Shown here: positions 50,720 to 64,000 of the stretch, piece after piece
Numbering within the stretch: the first letter of the stretch is position 1
Layout of the letters: every line of letters starts with the position of its first letter
From: Takakia lepidozioides
Taxonomy: Eukaryota > Plantae > Bryophyta
NCBI GenBank assembly: GCA_030704615.1
Contig: CM060731.1
Coordinates: 25,854,001 to 25,918,000, forward strand
Length of the DNA stretch: 64,000 bases
Reading direction: 5' to 3'
Translations under genes and position numbers: made by a program
Notes under the pieces: model-generated
Seen by the model: the letters and a program-made list of their open reading frames with translations, nothing else
What the model was told of the DNA's origin: nothing
The model's database searches: none

Positions 50720-51600
50720 ACCGCGTGTATGGAGGTGGACGTGGAAGCGTTCACCAGTGATGGAAAGTGGCAAAACCCAGCTGGGTTGCTTGGAGTTCAA
50801 AAAGAACTTCTCCAAATTTGTAAGATTTCCCAGCTCATTGGGAGTGTCCCCCTGTCAGCCCATTGCTGGAAAGAGCCAGAGTGGTTAGGTTCACTACTAC
50901 CCAAGGGTCATAGGTATGACACCAATACTAGAGTTCGATGTTAGCAGCAAGTTCTCAAGAGAGGTGAGAGATGAAAGCCATAAGGGTATGGAACATGTAA
51001 GGTTGTTCAGGCTGATGTCCAGATATTGCAGACCAATGCAGTTTGCTCATCTCGCCGGAAGACTAGCGTTCAGAATGTCGGATGCAAGATAAAGTCAGCG
51101 AAGAGATGGTGGCTGGCAGATATCTCCAAAATTGCACCTGACAGAGCAATGTTACTCAGATCCAAAACCTTGAGAGCTGAAGCATTGACAGGCAATGGGA
51201 CTGCACTAGTGAGCCTATTGCTGGAAACATGAAAGACCTGCAGCGACAAAGGGCTCAAAAAATTAGCAGATATCGGCCCAGTCAAATTGTTCAAGCTCAC
51301 ATCCAAACTAATTAGTGATGGAAGCTCAAAAACTCATTGCCCTGTACCTGGAATGCGTTTAGCGCTGGTTTTTTGTCACTAAGTCAAACAGTACCCAGAA
51401 GCGAACAAACACTCAGTAGTGAAGCTGCACCTTTAGGCTTTCAATCCCCCTACTGCAACTCTGAAAAGGTACCCCGACAGCCCATTATGTCTGTCGACAA
51501 GCTGTTCCTTGGCTTATTAGAATGTTGCACTGAGTGCATACACTTCAACCTAGAAATTTTCCTCCCTTTACTCAACGCTCTCCTAGTATGTTTCTGTCAA
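50720..51600 (-). pseudogene. LRR receptor-like kinase/protein remnant
   Basis: LDVSLNNLTGPI, LQVFHVSSNRLT, LKVLDLSNIALSGAI and LENLLLTSNSSIGVIP plant-type LRRs, with many stops. Confidence 0.7.
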
Positions 51601-52599
51601 GGAGCTGAAGATACACTTGACATCGATGTGCTGGTCCATGTGGACCTGACGTAGATATCCAGTTTCTGCCTGTTTTCAGAGATGCAAGATGTGGGGGGCA
51701 TGTATTGCTAGATCGTACAGATGATTGCACCGAAGTACATTTCTTGATGTTGTTATGGTGAACATTTTGAGCTTCTGTTTGCCATTTTTCAAACACGAGA
51801 ATGAAATCACAAAAGACAAATCAAGACCTCAAGTGTCGGAGTAAATGTGGGAGCAGCCACAGTGACAACGCGTCGTTAAGATATCGTGGATTGTCCAAGA
51901 GAATGGATGACTTGAAGCTTCCTGATCTTCTGGACTCTTGACCATCCTCTCGCTAGTCAATGTCGGGCTCTAGTTCAACTGTCTCAAGGGTAAGGCTTCC
52001 CACTATGCTGGTCACTGGAAACCCCGTTTAGTTGTATTGCCCATACAAGAGAAAATTCCACTTGGGTTGATAATGTGGAAAGTAAGCTCTTCTATCTAGA
52101 TGAACATGTGCAGATTTCCTTTTATTGTGTGAGGCCACATTGAAGCTGTTGTGCCAGGAAGCAGTATGTCAATAGACGGATGAGATGGTGAGGAGGATGA
52201 CATAGAGCACGATAAGACACTGTCACAGACCTTCTGCCGACTATGGGGAATACATGGACCGGACATTCTTTATTTACTTCTGTCTCTTCCTATCCCGCTG
52301 CTGACTATGGCTGAGTTCTGGACCCTCGGCGTATCAGAAAACCTAGAAACATCTTTCCTTCAAGGAATGATTGGCTTAGGTAAGTGGACCAGAGAAGCCT
52401 AGCCTGTACTCATACATAAGAGGTTCTAACCTCTTCTACATCACACCAGCAATGACCTTCAGCGACCTTCAAATTTTCTACCATGATGTTAGGATATTTC
52501 AGAGCTTTCTCTCCGCCATTTTCACACAGTAGTACATAGAATTCCGATGGTCTGTAGGCTGGGGCAATGCTAACTCCTTAATTGCAAAATTAATGGGCA

Positions 52600-54773
52600 T
52601 TGCTGACTGCACATCAAACAGGTGTTCCTTAACTGAACACTGTTTATTGATTCCATAGGGGTAGAGAGATGGCTGAAGCAAATGATGGAGGTGTTCAACT
52701 TGATGGAGTTGATCAATGAGTCGAAGTTGGTGAACCACTTGTTGATATGGACTCTGAAGATATGGAGATGAAGTTGAAGATGTGCCAATTATAAGGAGAT
52801 CTCAGCGGGAAATGAAAGCTCCTAGTAGGCTGATTACATCTATGAGTGCCATTGAAGCTATGGAAGAAGCATCACAAGTGGTTGAGCCTGCTACATATGA
52901 GGAAGCGATGCGCTCTCCAGACAAACTACAATGGGAAGAAGCAATCAACTCAGAGTTGGATTCATTGATGCAGAACAAAGCATGGACACTCACTAGGTTG
53001 CCTGCAGGACGAAGAGCCATTGGTTGCAAGTGGATCTTCAAGTTGAAGTACAAAGCTGATGGATCTATTTATCGGTACAAAGCTTGTCTTGTAGCTAAAG
53101 GCTATGCACAAATTCAAGGAGTGGATTACAATGAAACCTTCTCATCTTCTATCAGAGTGTTGTTAGCTCTTGCAGCTCAACATGATCACGAAGTTCATCA
53201 AATGGATGTTAAGACCGCATTTCTGAATGGAGAACTACAAGAAGAGATCTACATGAGACAACCTGAAGGGTTTGTACAAGGAGGAAGTGATATTGTGTGT
53301 AAGCTGCAAAAGAGTTTGTATGGATTCAAACAAAGTCCTCGAGCTTGCTATGCTAGGATCGATGCTTACCTCTTAAAGGCAAGATTTGAGCGAAGCATTG
53401 CTGACACAAACATCTATGTGAAAAAGATGGGAGAGCAATTTGTGGTCATAGCTCTATATGTGGATGACACAATCATTCTCACCAACGATCATCAAAGGTT
53501 GTTGCCAGAAACCAAAGCACTGTTGAGTGTTGAGTTTGCCATGACTGACATAGGTGAGATTTGGTTCTGTCTTGGTATTCAAATCAGCAGAGATTGAGTG
53601 AACCATACAGTATTCATGCATCAACGGCAATATATTGAGACAATTCTACAAAGGTTTAAGTTGGAGATGAGTAAGCCAACATCAACTCCTCTCGAAGTTG
53701 GTTTGAAACTTACAAAGGATATGGCACCCAAGACTCAAGAAGAGCAAGAAGATATGAGGAAAACTCATTATCAAAGCGCAATCGGCAGTTTGATGTATTG
53801 CATGGTTTGTACTAGGCCAGACATTGCACATTCAGTGGGAGTGGTCTCACAATTTCTTTCAAATCCCGGACAAACCCATTGAAAAGCAGTGAAAAGGATA
53901 TTTCGATATCTAAGAGGAACATCAACTTCTGGTCTACTCTACAAGAGAGTGGAAGATCCAAATTTGTTGGGGTTTGCTGATGCTGACTGGGTAGGAAACG
54001 TTGATAGTATAAAATCAACTTCAGGCCATTGTTTTCTCCTAGCAGGTGGAGCTGTATCTTGGTCTAGCAAACGACAAGTTGCAACAGCGTTGTCATCAAC
54101 AGAAGCTGAGTACGTGTCCATTACACAAGCAGCAAAGGAGGCTATTTGGTTACGGAAGTTGCTTGGAGATTTGGATCATCTCCAATCACTACCTACGACT
54201 CTCTATTGTGACAATCAAAGTGCGATTGCACTAAGTCAGAATCCGAAGTATCATTCAAGGACGAAGCACATTAAAGTGCAACATCACTACATATGAGAAA
54301 TTGTATGCAAGGGAGAGATCAAGATGATCTATTGTGTTACAGGAGATATGATTGCGGATGTTTTGACGAAGAGTCTACCACAAACAAAACACATGAAGTG
54401 TTCAGCCTTACTTGGTGCCTCTTCTCCAAAGACAAACGAAGTAGCTCAATGATATGGTTTAATTGAGTGGGAGTGTTGGAAGTAATTAAACATATCTAGA
54501 AGACTAAGAGTCTTGAAGGCCAAAGGTTTAGAAGTCTAAGAGACTATCTTGTTTAACTCACCTTTGGAAGGTGAATGGCTAGAAGGTGGATGGTCACCAT
54601 AGTGGAAGTGGAAGTGACCAAGTAGGACTTTCTAGAGACCTTCTTGTACAAGCTCGGGGGTGAAGCCACTAGTCTAAGTGTAAGAGTATAATTTTATGTT
54701 TGGGAGGAGAGCTTTAGTTTTAGCTTTAGTCTAAGACTTTAGTTCTTGTTCATGTTCTTGCTCAATTCTAACA
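52600..54773 (+). mobile_element. 5'-truncated defective Ty1/copia element (RT, RNase H, PPT, 3' LTR)
   Basis: EPATYEEA, GCKWIFKLK, QMDVKTAFLNG, LYVDD, FADADW, CDNQSAI, RTKHI. Stops at about 53595, 53880 and 54294. PPT gagtgggag ends at 54473. The 5' limit is approximate. Confidence 0.95.
54474..54773 (+). repeat. 3' LTR (300 bp)
   Basis: TGTTGGA...TCTAACA inverted ends directly after the PPT. Confidence 0.8.
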
Positions 54774-54796
54774 CCACTAAGATTGTTGGTCCAGAC

Positions 54797-55450
54797 TAGT
54801 GTTGGACCGGTATACTTGGTTGAACCTAGGTATGAAATACAGGTATGAGTATGTGTATTGAAGAACATACCAGTCGGATTTGAATGAACCAATGTACTCA
54901 GGTGAAACACGTACTGGGGAGAGTATGTCTTTGGGTTTTCACATTTTCACCCACACAAACCAGACCAGTCTGGGTATACGGAGACATAGCATGGTCCCAA
55001 TACCAATATTGCGGTGAGTTCATGGCAAATGGAGGTAGGTATGAGTATATGTTAGTGCAGCTAGTTATAATCTGTATTACCATTTTGTTCTATCAAGGCT
55101 CCCTGCTGCAATTCAGACTTCATTTGCTATTTCATGCTACTTTGGGTTACCTTTGCTTAGTTTTTCACAGTTTAGATTACAATTAGCTATGTGCTAAATG
55201 ACATTTATTTCTATGTATGATGAGCTGTAGAAATACCAAACCAGTGCTCATATACCCCCAGTATCACTAAAGAGACGAGACAATACTAGTACCATACTCA
55301 TATACAGCCCAACATACAACTACTCATACCAAATTCATACCCAAGTTGCTTATACCTGTATAGATACCTATACCAGCCTGGTATGGAAAAAGAGTGGGAC
55401 ATACCGGGACCAGTCTGGTAATAGAAGATGGACATACCAGTCCAACACTG
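54797..55450. mobile_element. Non-autonomous hAT-type element (MITE)
   Basis: TIRs tagtgttggaccggtat and ataccagtccaacactg. 8-bp TSD gtccagac (54789-54796) versus gtccatac (55451-55458). Internal ggtat/atacc motifs. Confidence 0.85.
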
Positions 55451-56680
55451 GTCCATACAAAGAAAGTACATAGCTACTTGTTACAACTAGAATAGATTCT
55501 CCACCGTGATCTAGCAAATAAAATGAGGCTTTGTATGACACATGTTTCTGTTTCTCTCAGTCTCTTTGATGAAAAAGGTCTCTGAACCGTTAGCTCCAGA
55601 ACAATACATTCCATGTCAGAGCGAACACATACCTTCAAGGGACCATAGCTTATGACTTTGGCTTTGTTTTTGGCGACTCCTTGACCACACCTTGAGATAT
55701 TTGCACTAGTCCAAGTGGGTTGCCGTACATGTATGTATCTCAGATCAACCAGGGCATTCATAATTGTGTACGACCTTAGAATGCACCTGAATGAAACGAA
55801 TTTTCAATGTAAATATTTGATTCCAGCATGTCCACAAATAAAACATTATCAACTGAAATAGAACGGCATGTAACGAAATTAATCGAGGTACCATGATTCA
55901 ATTACATCTGTGTTGATGCCATGCAACAAATTGGTAGTTCATTGTGCAGTGTATTCATGATAGCATATGTCACAGATATAGCATTCGGATTAAATCCGAC
56001 AGATTACGATACACACTATATGCCATGAGAACCGATTTAAGAGATTGTGGATCCATTTCCTAAACAACATTCATAATCCAAATCTATTTGATGTATCAAA
56101 ACGAAACGCAGTTTGATCTTTTCTTGGACATTGTTATCCTTAGTCTTAGTCATCACTAGTAGCGCAGAGCAACAAGTAGCCCTAGTATTGTTTGAACAGC
56201 CTTCTACTATGTTATTCTTCTAATTTGGAATGGACCACGAGTTAGTAGCACGTTGGATAGTGCACTCAGTTCCAGAATCATCCCATATGACTCTGGGGTC
56301 GGGTCAAATCCCGCTATATTTGTTGGGTGTGGTATGTTCTTCTCCCCCTTCCATGGGGCGGTGTCCCATCAGCAAGCCTTTGCCGCAAAGTTATTGTGAA
56401 AGAGGTTATTTTCTCCTCTCACTATAATTAAAGGGCATGATTTGTGAGCTGTCGCTCCAAGGTGACAAAATCTTTGCAAATAGTGGAGTCTACTTTCATC
56501 CATAATAAACCTAACAAATTTATCAAAATTATATATATATATATAGAATGGTTCAACTCTTACCCTTGTGTGTAATTTGCCTTGGCATCAACAATACAAT
56601 GATTTATTAGTCATCTACCTACCTACTTCATGATCATTGAGAATCTTGAGGGGACTGATTGAGTAGTACAACTGTGAATA

Positions 56681-57859
56681 TATATACATCAATATATGAA
56701 GCAAGCCAGTTTGTTTGTTTTGTTTTGTCACGTTGAGATGTCCCAAACCATGAGGCCCCGGCCCTGGTGCTTGGTACCATTGGAAAGCCCCCCACGAGGA
56801 GGGGTGCATGGGCTTGGTCTCATAATGTTTGGACTTGCAGTGTGGGAGATGTGGAATTTCAAGTACTTTTGGTCGCTGGAAATTCACGAAAAATAGCAAA
56901 GTGGGACAATGGTTGGAGCCTCAACATGAGAGAGGGAAAGGTCTCCAGTTCAAATCTGGTCGTAGGCTCTATGGGAAAAAATGATGAGATGAGATATGGC
57001 TAAAACAATTTCAAGTACTTTTGGTTGCTGGACAATGATTGGAGCCTCGACAAGAGAGATATCAAGGGGCCTCGATATGAGAGAGGGAAAGGTCTCCGGT
57101 TCAAATCTGGTCGTAGGCTCTGTGGGAAAAAATGATGAGATGAGATATGGCTAAAACAATTTCAAGTACTTTTGGTCGTTGGACAATGATTGGAGCCTCG
57201 ACAAGATAGATATCAAGGGAAAGGTCTCTAGTTCAAATCTGGTAGTAGGCTCTATAGAAAAAAGTCATTAGACATGGCTTGCTTCATATATTGATGCACT
57301 TGGACTTAGATGACATTGGACACTTGGGCCAACGGCACAGGCTACCCTAAAGGTCGCACTTGGGCATCGACATAGAGGATGCACTGGGATACATAGAAGG
57401 TCTTACACTTGGGCTTAGATGACACTGGACACTTGCGCCTCTAAAGACACTTGCGCCTCTAAAGACAAATGCACTTAGATACATGAATAGAAAATTGCAC
57501 TTGTGCTTAAATGGGCCTCGACATAGGAGATGCAATTACATACATAGGAAATTGCACTTGGTTTTAGGTTTCAATTCTTCACACATAGGTCAAAGGCGTA
57601 GGCTACACTAGAGGTCGTACTTGGGCGTCAACATAGTAGACCCACTGGGAGTATACATAGGAAATTGTACTTGGTCTTAGATTTCAATTCCTCACACACA
57701 TGGGCCAAAGGCACATGCTACCCTAGAGGTCGCACTTGGGCCTCAACATAGAGGACGCATTGGGATACATAGAAGATTTTACATTTGAGTTTAGATGACA
57801 GTGGGCCCTTGGGTTTAGATGACACTAGACACTTGGGCCAACGGCACAAGCTACCCTAG
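56681..57859 (+). mobile_element. Non-autonomous Helitron-like element with internal tandem repeats
   Basis: Ends gggccaacggcacaagctaccCTAG|t. 22-bp inverted repeat at 56687-56708 and 57275-57296. Internal tandem blocks at about 56857-57260 and 57300-57859. Confidence 0.6.
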
Positions 57860-58129
57860 TTATATTGAAAAACAAGGGAGCTGAGAGGCCATGAATTGCA
57901 TTTAAAAATGGGAACAAAGGGAGGAAAAAATAACCTCCAAGGGGTTAAAGCGTATCACATAGGGAATAACATATTGAGGGGAGGCATTCCAATGAGCAGA
58001 GAGTGAGCATACACTACTACAATTTGGTTATTTAAGAACATTTTTGTAACATTTCTATGGACAACTACTAATTTTACATGATTTTATCAATTTAATATTG
58101 AGTTTATCAACGTTGATTTATATAAGTTT

Positions 58130-58830
58130 CGTCCCACGTTCCAGACATTTTTACAACACTATTATGAACCTGACTAAAGTATTCAGCTTTGATCTTATCA
58201 TTGTGGCTAAATTGGCTTGGGCAAAGTTGCGTGCAGACATCGAGAAGACTCCAGAACGTCAGCATTTGCTCCTCGATTCTTGCAGATCCACATGGGGACA
58301 GCAAGGCATCATATGCTGTTGCTCTAGGACTGGTTCCTGTATCTGGCCTGGGTAAATCCCACTCCAATGGCAACACCATAGGATCTTCCTCTTCGGCGTC
58401 CTTAGAATTCGACAAAAATCTAACATTAACTAGAAATATGTCAAGTTTATCTCTACCAAGACTAAACTCTACTACCATAGATAATTCTCAGCTTTTAGTC
58501 ATATCCTTACAATCCTCCTCTCATCTTAGGCAGAGGCTTTTTCCATCGCTGTTCACATTCTCTGTAACCCCTTAGACTGTTTACTGTTTCGCTCCCCCCT
58601 TGGGCATTTCGCTTTGTGTCCAAGGCCAGTTACTTGCTTCTTGAATGTTCGCATTCTTCGTTCTTACTGTTGAGACGTTATCGCTCTTATCCATCACGGT
58701 CCCTTGTGTTTGGGCCTTATATAGGTGGCCTTCGAGCCTTTAAGGATTTTAATATTTTTTCCCTTCAATAATCTCAATAAAGCCTCTCGGGGCTTGACTC
58801 CTTCCCTTTCTCAAAAAAATTAAAATACAA
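58130..58830 (+). mobile_element. L1-like LINE 3' end with UTR and A-rich tail
   Basis: AKLAWAKL...LLLDSCRSTWGQQGIIC resembles an ORF2 C-terminus. Ends aataaagcctctcggggcttgactcccttccctttctcaaaaaaa. Confidence 0.5.
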
Positions 58831-59571
58831 ATACAAAAATAAACATTGTATTTTATTTTATAAATATGATATTCTATAAATGATATTTAAACACAGTTAA
58901 AAACTTTAGTTAAAACCATACTTCTAAAAACATATAAAATATAGATAAGATACCGTAGATGATATTTTTAGGCCTTCATTTACATCAATAGTGTCTCCTG
59001 ATAAGATATCATGATGTTTATGATGCTTACGATGGTCGTATTATGATGTTTAAATACTATTTTAAATGATTTTTTAAATTAATAATTTGTACTATGTTTT
59101 AGGGCATAGGCCATTTTTAGTTTTTCTTAAAGTATATGTGAGATAATAATAATATATATAATACAAATTTTATTAAAAATTATATTATTAATAAGCCTGA
59201 AGAACCTTTACAAAAAATTTAAAAGTATTTCAAATATTATTTTATTATTGAGAACATAATGTAAAAACAAATGCTTAAACTTACTTCAATCTAAGTGTGA
59301 TGGTATGTGTCGCATATATGTTCTAATGAGAGGATAAAAAATCTAATCCTCAAATTGTTAGAGAAGAGTTAAAATCATATACTGCAAACTGTTAAATCTA
59401 GTTAGTGCTTCGGTGTTCCATGTTGTCAGGGCTATTGGTTGGAATGCACAGTTTGGCAAATCAAATGTATACATTGTATTTCTGCTTTTATGCTTTTGAC
59501 CCACACCAAGTCCTCAAGATGACTTTGCACAGTGTCCAGCAACCCTCGCTCTAGCACATCTTTATTTTTTC

Positions 59572-60410
59572 CACTACAACAGATCGCGGTATTTATGACT
59601 GTATATATGATTATTCTACAGTCATAAACGGTACATATGACTTCTATGACTGTAAGTCGTGCAAACCAAGTGAATACAATGAGTACAGGATGGTGCGGTC
59701 CGGATGACTACAGTCAGATAAACCAAGTGATATCTCTCACTGCAGTCATATATACCATACTGCAGTCGCCGCTGCCACGTGGCGATGCGCAATTGATTAA
59801 TTTTTTTTTTCAAAAAATAATAAACAAATTAGAAAAATATGTCAGACGCCACGTCGTACCACGTTGTGCCACGTGGCATAATGTATTTTATAATAATGAA
59901 AAAGATTACGTGGCAGCCCATCTAAGGTGTCGCGTGTTATCCCTAGCTCGCTTACTCACACTAGGGCCATCTTATCCACTTGATTGTATTTAGAGGAGTT
60001 TGAACCTCCAACCTCTTTATTATAAGAGTTATAGTTCACTATCTGCTAACCAATACACCCATTAGTCATTCATGTGATCATGTGGTGTTTTAATTGTATT
60101 ATACACACCAAATTATAAAATCCCCAGTAGTCATCATGTCTATGTAACCTCATCCATGTACACTGTAGTCATGGAAATGACTATAGTGGTGAGCTAAATC
60201 TGGTCAATTGCCGTTGACCAGCCTTCCGCCCATTTCGGAGCCATGTAGTCATACAGACGACTATGTAGATAATCGTTTATATGACTACAGTCGTATGAAC
60301 GACTGCGGGAGGTCAATTTCATATAAAAACATGGTGCAGTCATGGTCAAAGTCAAGAAAACCATGACTACCACGGTTTGACAGTCATAATTATCGCGATC
60401 TGTTGTAGTG
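59572..60410. mobile_element. Complete non-autonomous CACTA element (839 bp)
   Basis: TIRs cactacaacagatcgcg and cgcgatctgttgtagtg. 3-bp TSD ttc on both sides. Many atgact/agtcat subterminal repeats. Confidence 0.95.
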
Positions 60411-62189
60411 TTCATAACAATCATGCATTGCTGGATGAAAGTAGACTACGGTGGCTCACTTTTGTTGTAACATCATCATTTTTGTAGTATATATCTTCTC
60501 TCTATTGACTCATATTCCTTATATTCAATGAAAATAATCAAATGGGACGTCAACTCATAAAGGGTATTATAACTACATCTACTTACCCTCTTTGAAGCCT
60601 CACCAATCAATTCATAAATATCTAGAAGTATTGGACTTCTGAAAAAATCCATAAGAAATGTAAGAATACACAAATTTTGTCGTTACAGACTCTTTTCTTT
60701 CTAATTACAAATCAACATGAAAAATGGGACTATCAGGGGGCACTTGTCTTAAAGAAACTAAAATGACAAGTCTAATATATTAATATTTAATTATATAAAT
60801 TTCATGTACTTTTAAAGCAATGAATTTTCAAATTGTCATATAAGAGGAAAATGAATGAATTAAAGAAAATCCCTTCATTGAAAAGGTGATTTTGCCTATT
60901 ACCCAGGACCGCCAAGAAAGATATTGACTTTGTCATGTAATTAGAGGTTTAGGGTTGACTTTAAGGTTGATTTTAGAATTTTGACAACTTAATCTAATTA
61001 TAATTTTTTTTATTAAAACGAATTTGCCTTATACATCGATCTACTTTATTAGTCAAAGACGATCGTGCAATTAATCGCTGTTCACGGCTAATTCGGATGA
61101 CTCGAAATCGCTCGATTTTGTGGTTTAAATATCAAGGTCAAAACAATCTAAGCTGCGATAGTGTATGCCTGACAAGACACTGTTCAAATTGTGTTGGAGT
61201 CTTCCAGGCTCTGCCACATATTATTTGCAGCCCGTTCTATGGAGGTGAACTGAAGTCAGTGTGTCCATGAGCACGGACCCAAGTTGCATCCCCCGCAATT
61301 GACTACTTTTAAAAAAAATGTTGCATACTTCTCAAGGACTCATGATGTGGTCATCACTGAGCCACCGTAGGTTGCATTCACCCTACTTGTGTCGTGCTTG
61401 GATTCAGATCTACTTTGGAACATGTCAGGGTGAGCTTGGCTATGGAAAATTTAATTGAATAAACTCACTAAGCATTCTCACATACTTTATGCAACACAGA
61501 AGTATAATTTTTTACAACTAAAAGCAATCCTATCAACTTGACTTGGGTGGGATTGAACCCACTTTACTGTCCATGTGTAGTCAAGTTCTCCCACTATCCC
61601 CCTACCACTCCACATAGTTTTCAACTCCCCAACCCCTAACAACTACCTCCTCCATCCACTACTCTTTCTTTACTCTTATCTCTCATTTCATGCAATTTAT
61701 CCCCACTATCTACATAAATGCAAACCAAACACACATCAATGTTCATGATACAAAATGGTGTATACATCATTGCACATAACATACGAAGTGGATTATGTTA
61801 TAAACTTGTTATATAACTCAAAAAAATACATAAATTGCAGCCGATACACTGAACATATGTCTGTGGGGAGAGCTTCAGGTCCAACACCGATGGACATAGA
61901 CTTTGACTCAAGCGATAAGGAGTAACATGATGAACCTCGTCTTATGAACATCGTAGTTGGAATCTCTTGCTCGTAAAGAAGCATTTCTTTAGTTTCTTCT
62001 AAGATCAAGGCCATTCATACCGTATGTTGATCTCTCTCACCATCTTCGTTATTCTCAGTTGTGAGTCCACACTGTTGTCAGCCTCTTTAGCTTGGAGCTC
62101 CATAACTTCTTCCATCTGGGATCACCGATTCTTTTGTATTTCTTCCACGAAATCCAGCCTCCATCGTCCAATGTCCGCTCGATTTGGTT

Positions 62190-64000
62190 GCAGATTACGG
62201 ATTGTGCTATAACATGAATGATCGATTGTCATCTAATATATCTAAAGCAAAAAACAAATATTCCACGTTATTTGGCAATGTAAACGGTTGATCATTCAGT
62301 CTATTCTCTCGAATTATTTGTACCTTCGGCAAATTTTTGTGCTATCAAATTACTCGCGAGGATTCCCAGAAATTCATTCTTCGTCTTAGAGCCTTATATG
62401 CCCGCTCTGCTTGCCAATCCATATCCTTAAAGATATCCTTGAGGAATGTCTTTGGCATGTTGGCCTCCACCTGCTCCTCACTGGACATGGTAAAAATCCT
62501 GATTCTCTATACTACGGAGTTGGAAGTCTTTGATTTCGCGATACTGCTTGTTCATCTGGTTCCACTTATTCTTGCACCCCTCCCAGTCGCGGCTTTGCAC
62601 ACCATCGCTTTCCAGTGTCTCCGCGGTCTCACTGATCCTTGTCACTTGGAGACGATAGAGTCCATCGTTCTGCGGATTGACTTTTTTTAAAAGCTGAGAA
62701 TGTCAATTCTGATTCTCTTTTGCAATAGTGGATACATGTTGAAGATTCACGATGTGAATCAATGGAGTATAACAAGTAATCATTCCATCGCACATTGTTT
62801 TTGAACCACTGAATCTTGAGAATCGATGATTTAAAGCTGATATAATCAACCTCCAAGATCTCTTACAATAACCCAATGTAATCCATAAGCTTGCCGTTTT
62901 CCTAAAACTTACATGTTACGCCCGAATTATGACACATCTTTTAATGTACATTTGGACAATATTCCATATCCAACTTCCGCCTTTATCATGTTGGTGTACA
63001 GTTGTATAATACCATCCCCACGCAATAAGATTCACACTCGGATTCACCTGAACGCATCACCAGCCTAAAACTTTCAACCAAATCGGTACGACTATCATCA
63101 GTACTATCCATAATAAATGAAGGTTTCTTCATTTTCGACAGTAAGAATGGTTACTCGCTCAATTTCAGAATAATATCAGCACGACATAAAAAAGTACTGG
63201 TACTAGTACATCGTTTCCTGCTGCCCTCTGCAATTGATGTCTGCTAGATGAGGAAGAGCCTAGCGGCCACTCAAGTGTTGTAGAAAAGTCATCCCCTAAA
63301 ACACAATTACCGACAAAACCAACAGATTTGTAAATATAAAAGATAGATGTATGCGGAAGTGACGTCCATGATCCCACATGCAGGCTGGATAGTTCATTGT
63401 AATCCATCACACAAATCACAGCTATGTTCTATCTCCTTTTTGGCCACCAAATTTATAATCCAATATCTACAGAAGGGAGGAAAAATCGAAAGGGTGGTAG
63501 GGCAGAAAGCGATGTACATCGACTATAACGTTAATAACATCGCATGTGTTCATGCCAACACCGTCAGTTTAGCCTCTATTATATGCAGTTGCAGCTCCCA
63601 GTTGTTGTTCACAAACTTACTTTGAATAATACGAATCAAATAAAAATTGTTGTGATTGAATTGAAACCCACCTACGGGGTTCAAGATCTTTAAAGAACCC
63701 AAAAATATACATTTCATATTCCATTAAAGTGAAATATCAATATCAACGTCACGAGCATCTTACTCCTCATTCTAGACACGAGGGACATATGCATCGAGGT
63801 CTCCAATCATCTCATGACATAGTCCCATCGTTCCTTGAAAAATATAACCTTATACCATGCTCCCTCCTAGACATCATCGTTGTTAGACAAAGCCCTTCAG
63901 AGTTTTCAAGTACCTCTCCACAAATAACATAGATCAATAATGCATCGGGCCTGCAATTATAACCTCATCTATCAATTGCACGATCATGTGCACATGACTA
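62190..64000 (-). mobile_element. Decayed CACTA/EnSpm transposase (DUF4218 and DUF4216 regions) interrupted by insertions
   Basis: VQLIDEVIIAGPMHY*SMLFVERYLKTLKGFV near the window end, DYIGLL*EILEVDY..LKIQWF near 62850, and NDQPFTLPNNVEYLFF near 62280. Confidence 0.75.
62340..62690 (-). pseudogene. Myb/SANT-like trihelix domain fragment (Harbinger-accessory or GT-factor type) inserted in the CACTA transposase
   Basis: LESDGVQSRDWEGCKNKWNQMNKQYREIKDFQ and, after a frameshift, MSSEEQVEANMPKTFLKDIFKDM. Confidence 0.7.

Noticed and set aside
56900-56970. Functional tRNA gene
   Set aside because: Only a T-arm-like hairpin is clear. There is no convincing acceptor stem and it sits inside a tandem repeat.

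Overview
Repeat-rich eukaryotic DNA, most consistent with a non-seed land plant, probably a moss or other bryophyte (inferred from PLS-class PPR repeats, intron-containing genes and the transposon spectrum). The only apparently intact gene is a 4-exon, 500-aa secreted berberine-bridge-enzyme-like (BBE/AA7) flavoprotein at 7480-9882. Its tandem duplicate (16054-18505) carries a 2-bp frameshift, and a truncated Ty1/copia lies between the two copies. The rest is decayed material: a Crypton-like (DUF3504) tyrosine recombinase whose halves are in swapped order, a second copia, RTE-X- and L1-like LINE pieces, CACTA/hAT/Helitron non-autonomous elements, and PPR and LRR-RLK pseudogenes. The most unusual signal is two minus-strand blocks (about 20.8-25.6 kb and 37.5-49 kb) linked by a 24-bp palindrome, AACCTCCACTG-NN-CAGTGGAGGTT. 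I found 12 copies, several about 1 kb apart and at least two inside predicted introns, and none elsewhere in the window. The left block encodes a DUF7869/Sola-like DDE transposase. The right block encodes a ParB-like (GGQHT) plus degenerate amino-methyltransferase protein, three FCP1/NIF phosphatase-like domains, an RNA Pol II CTD-like YSPxSP repeat peptide and RSPSP repeats. This suggests a large cargo-carrying DNA transposon with its own repeated binding site. All domain calls are by-eye motif recognition; no searches were run.
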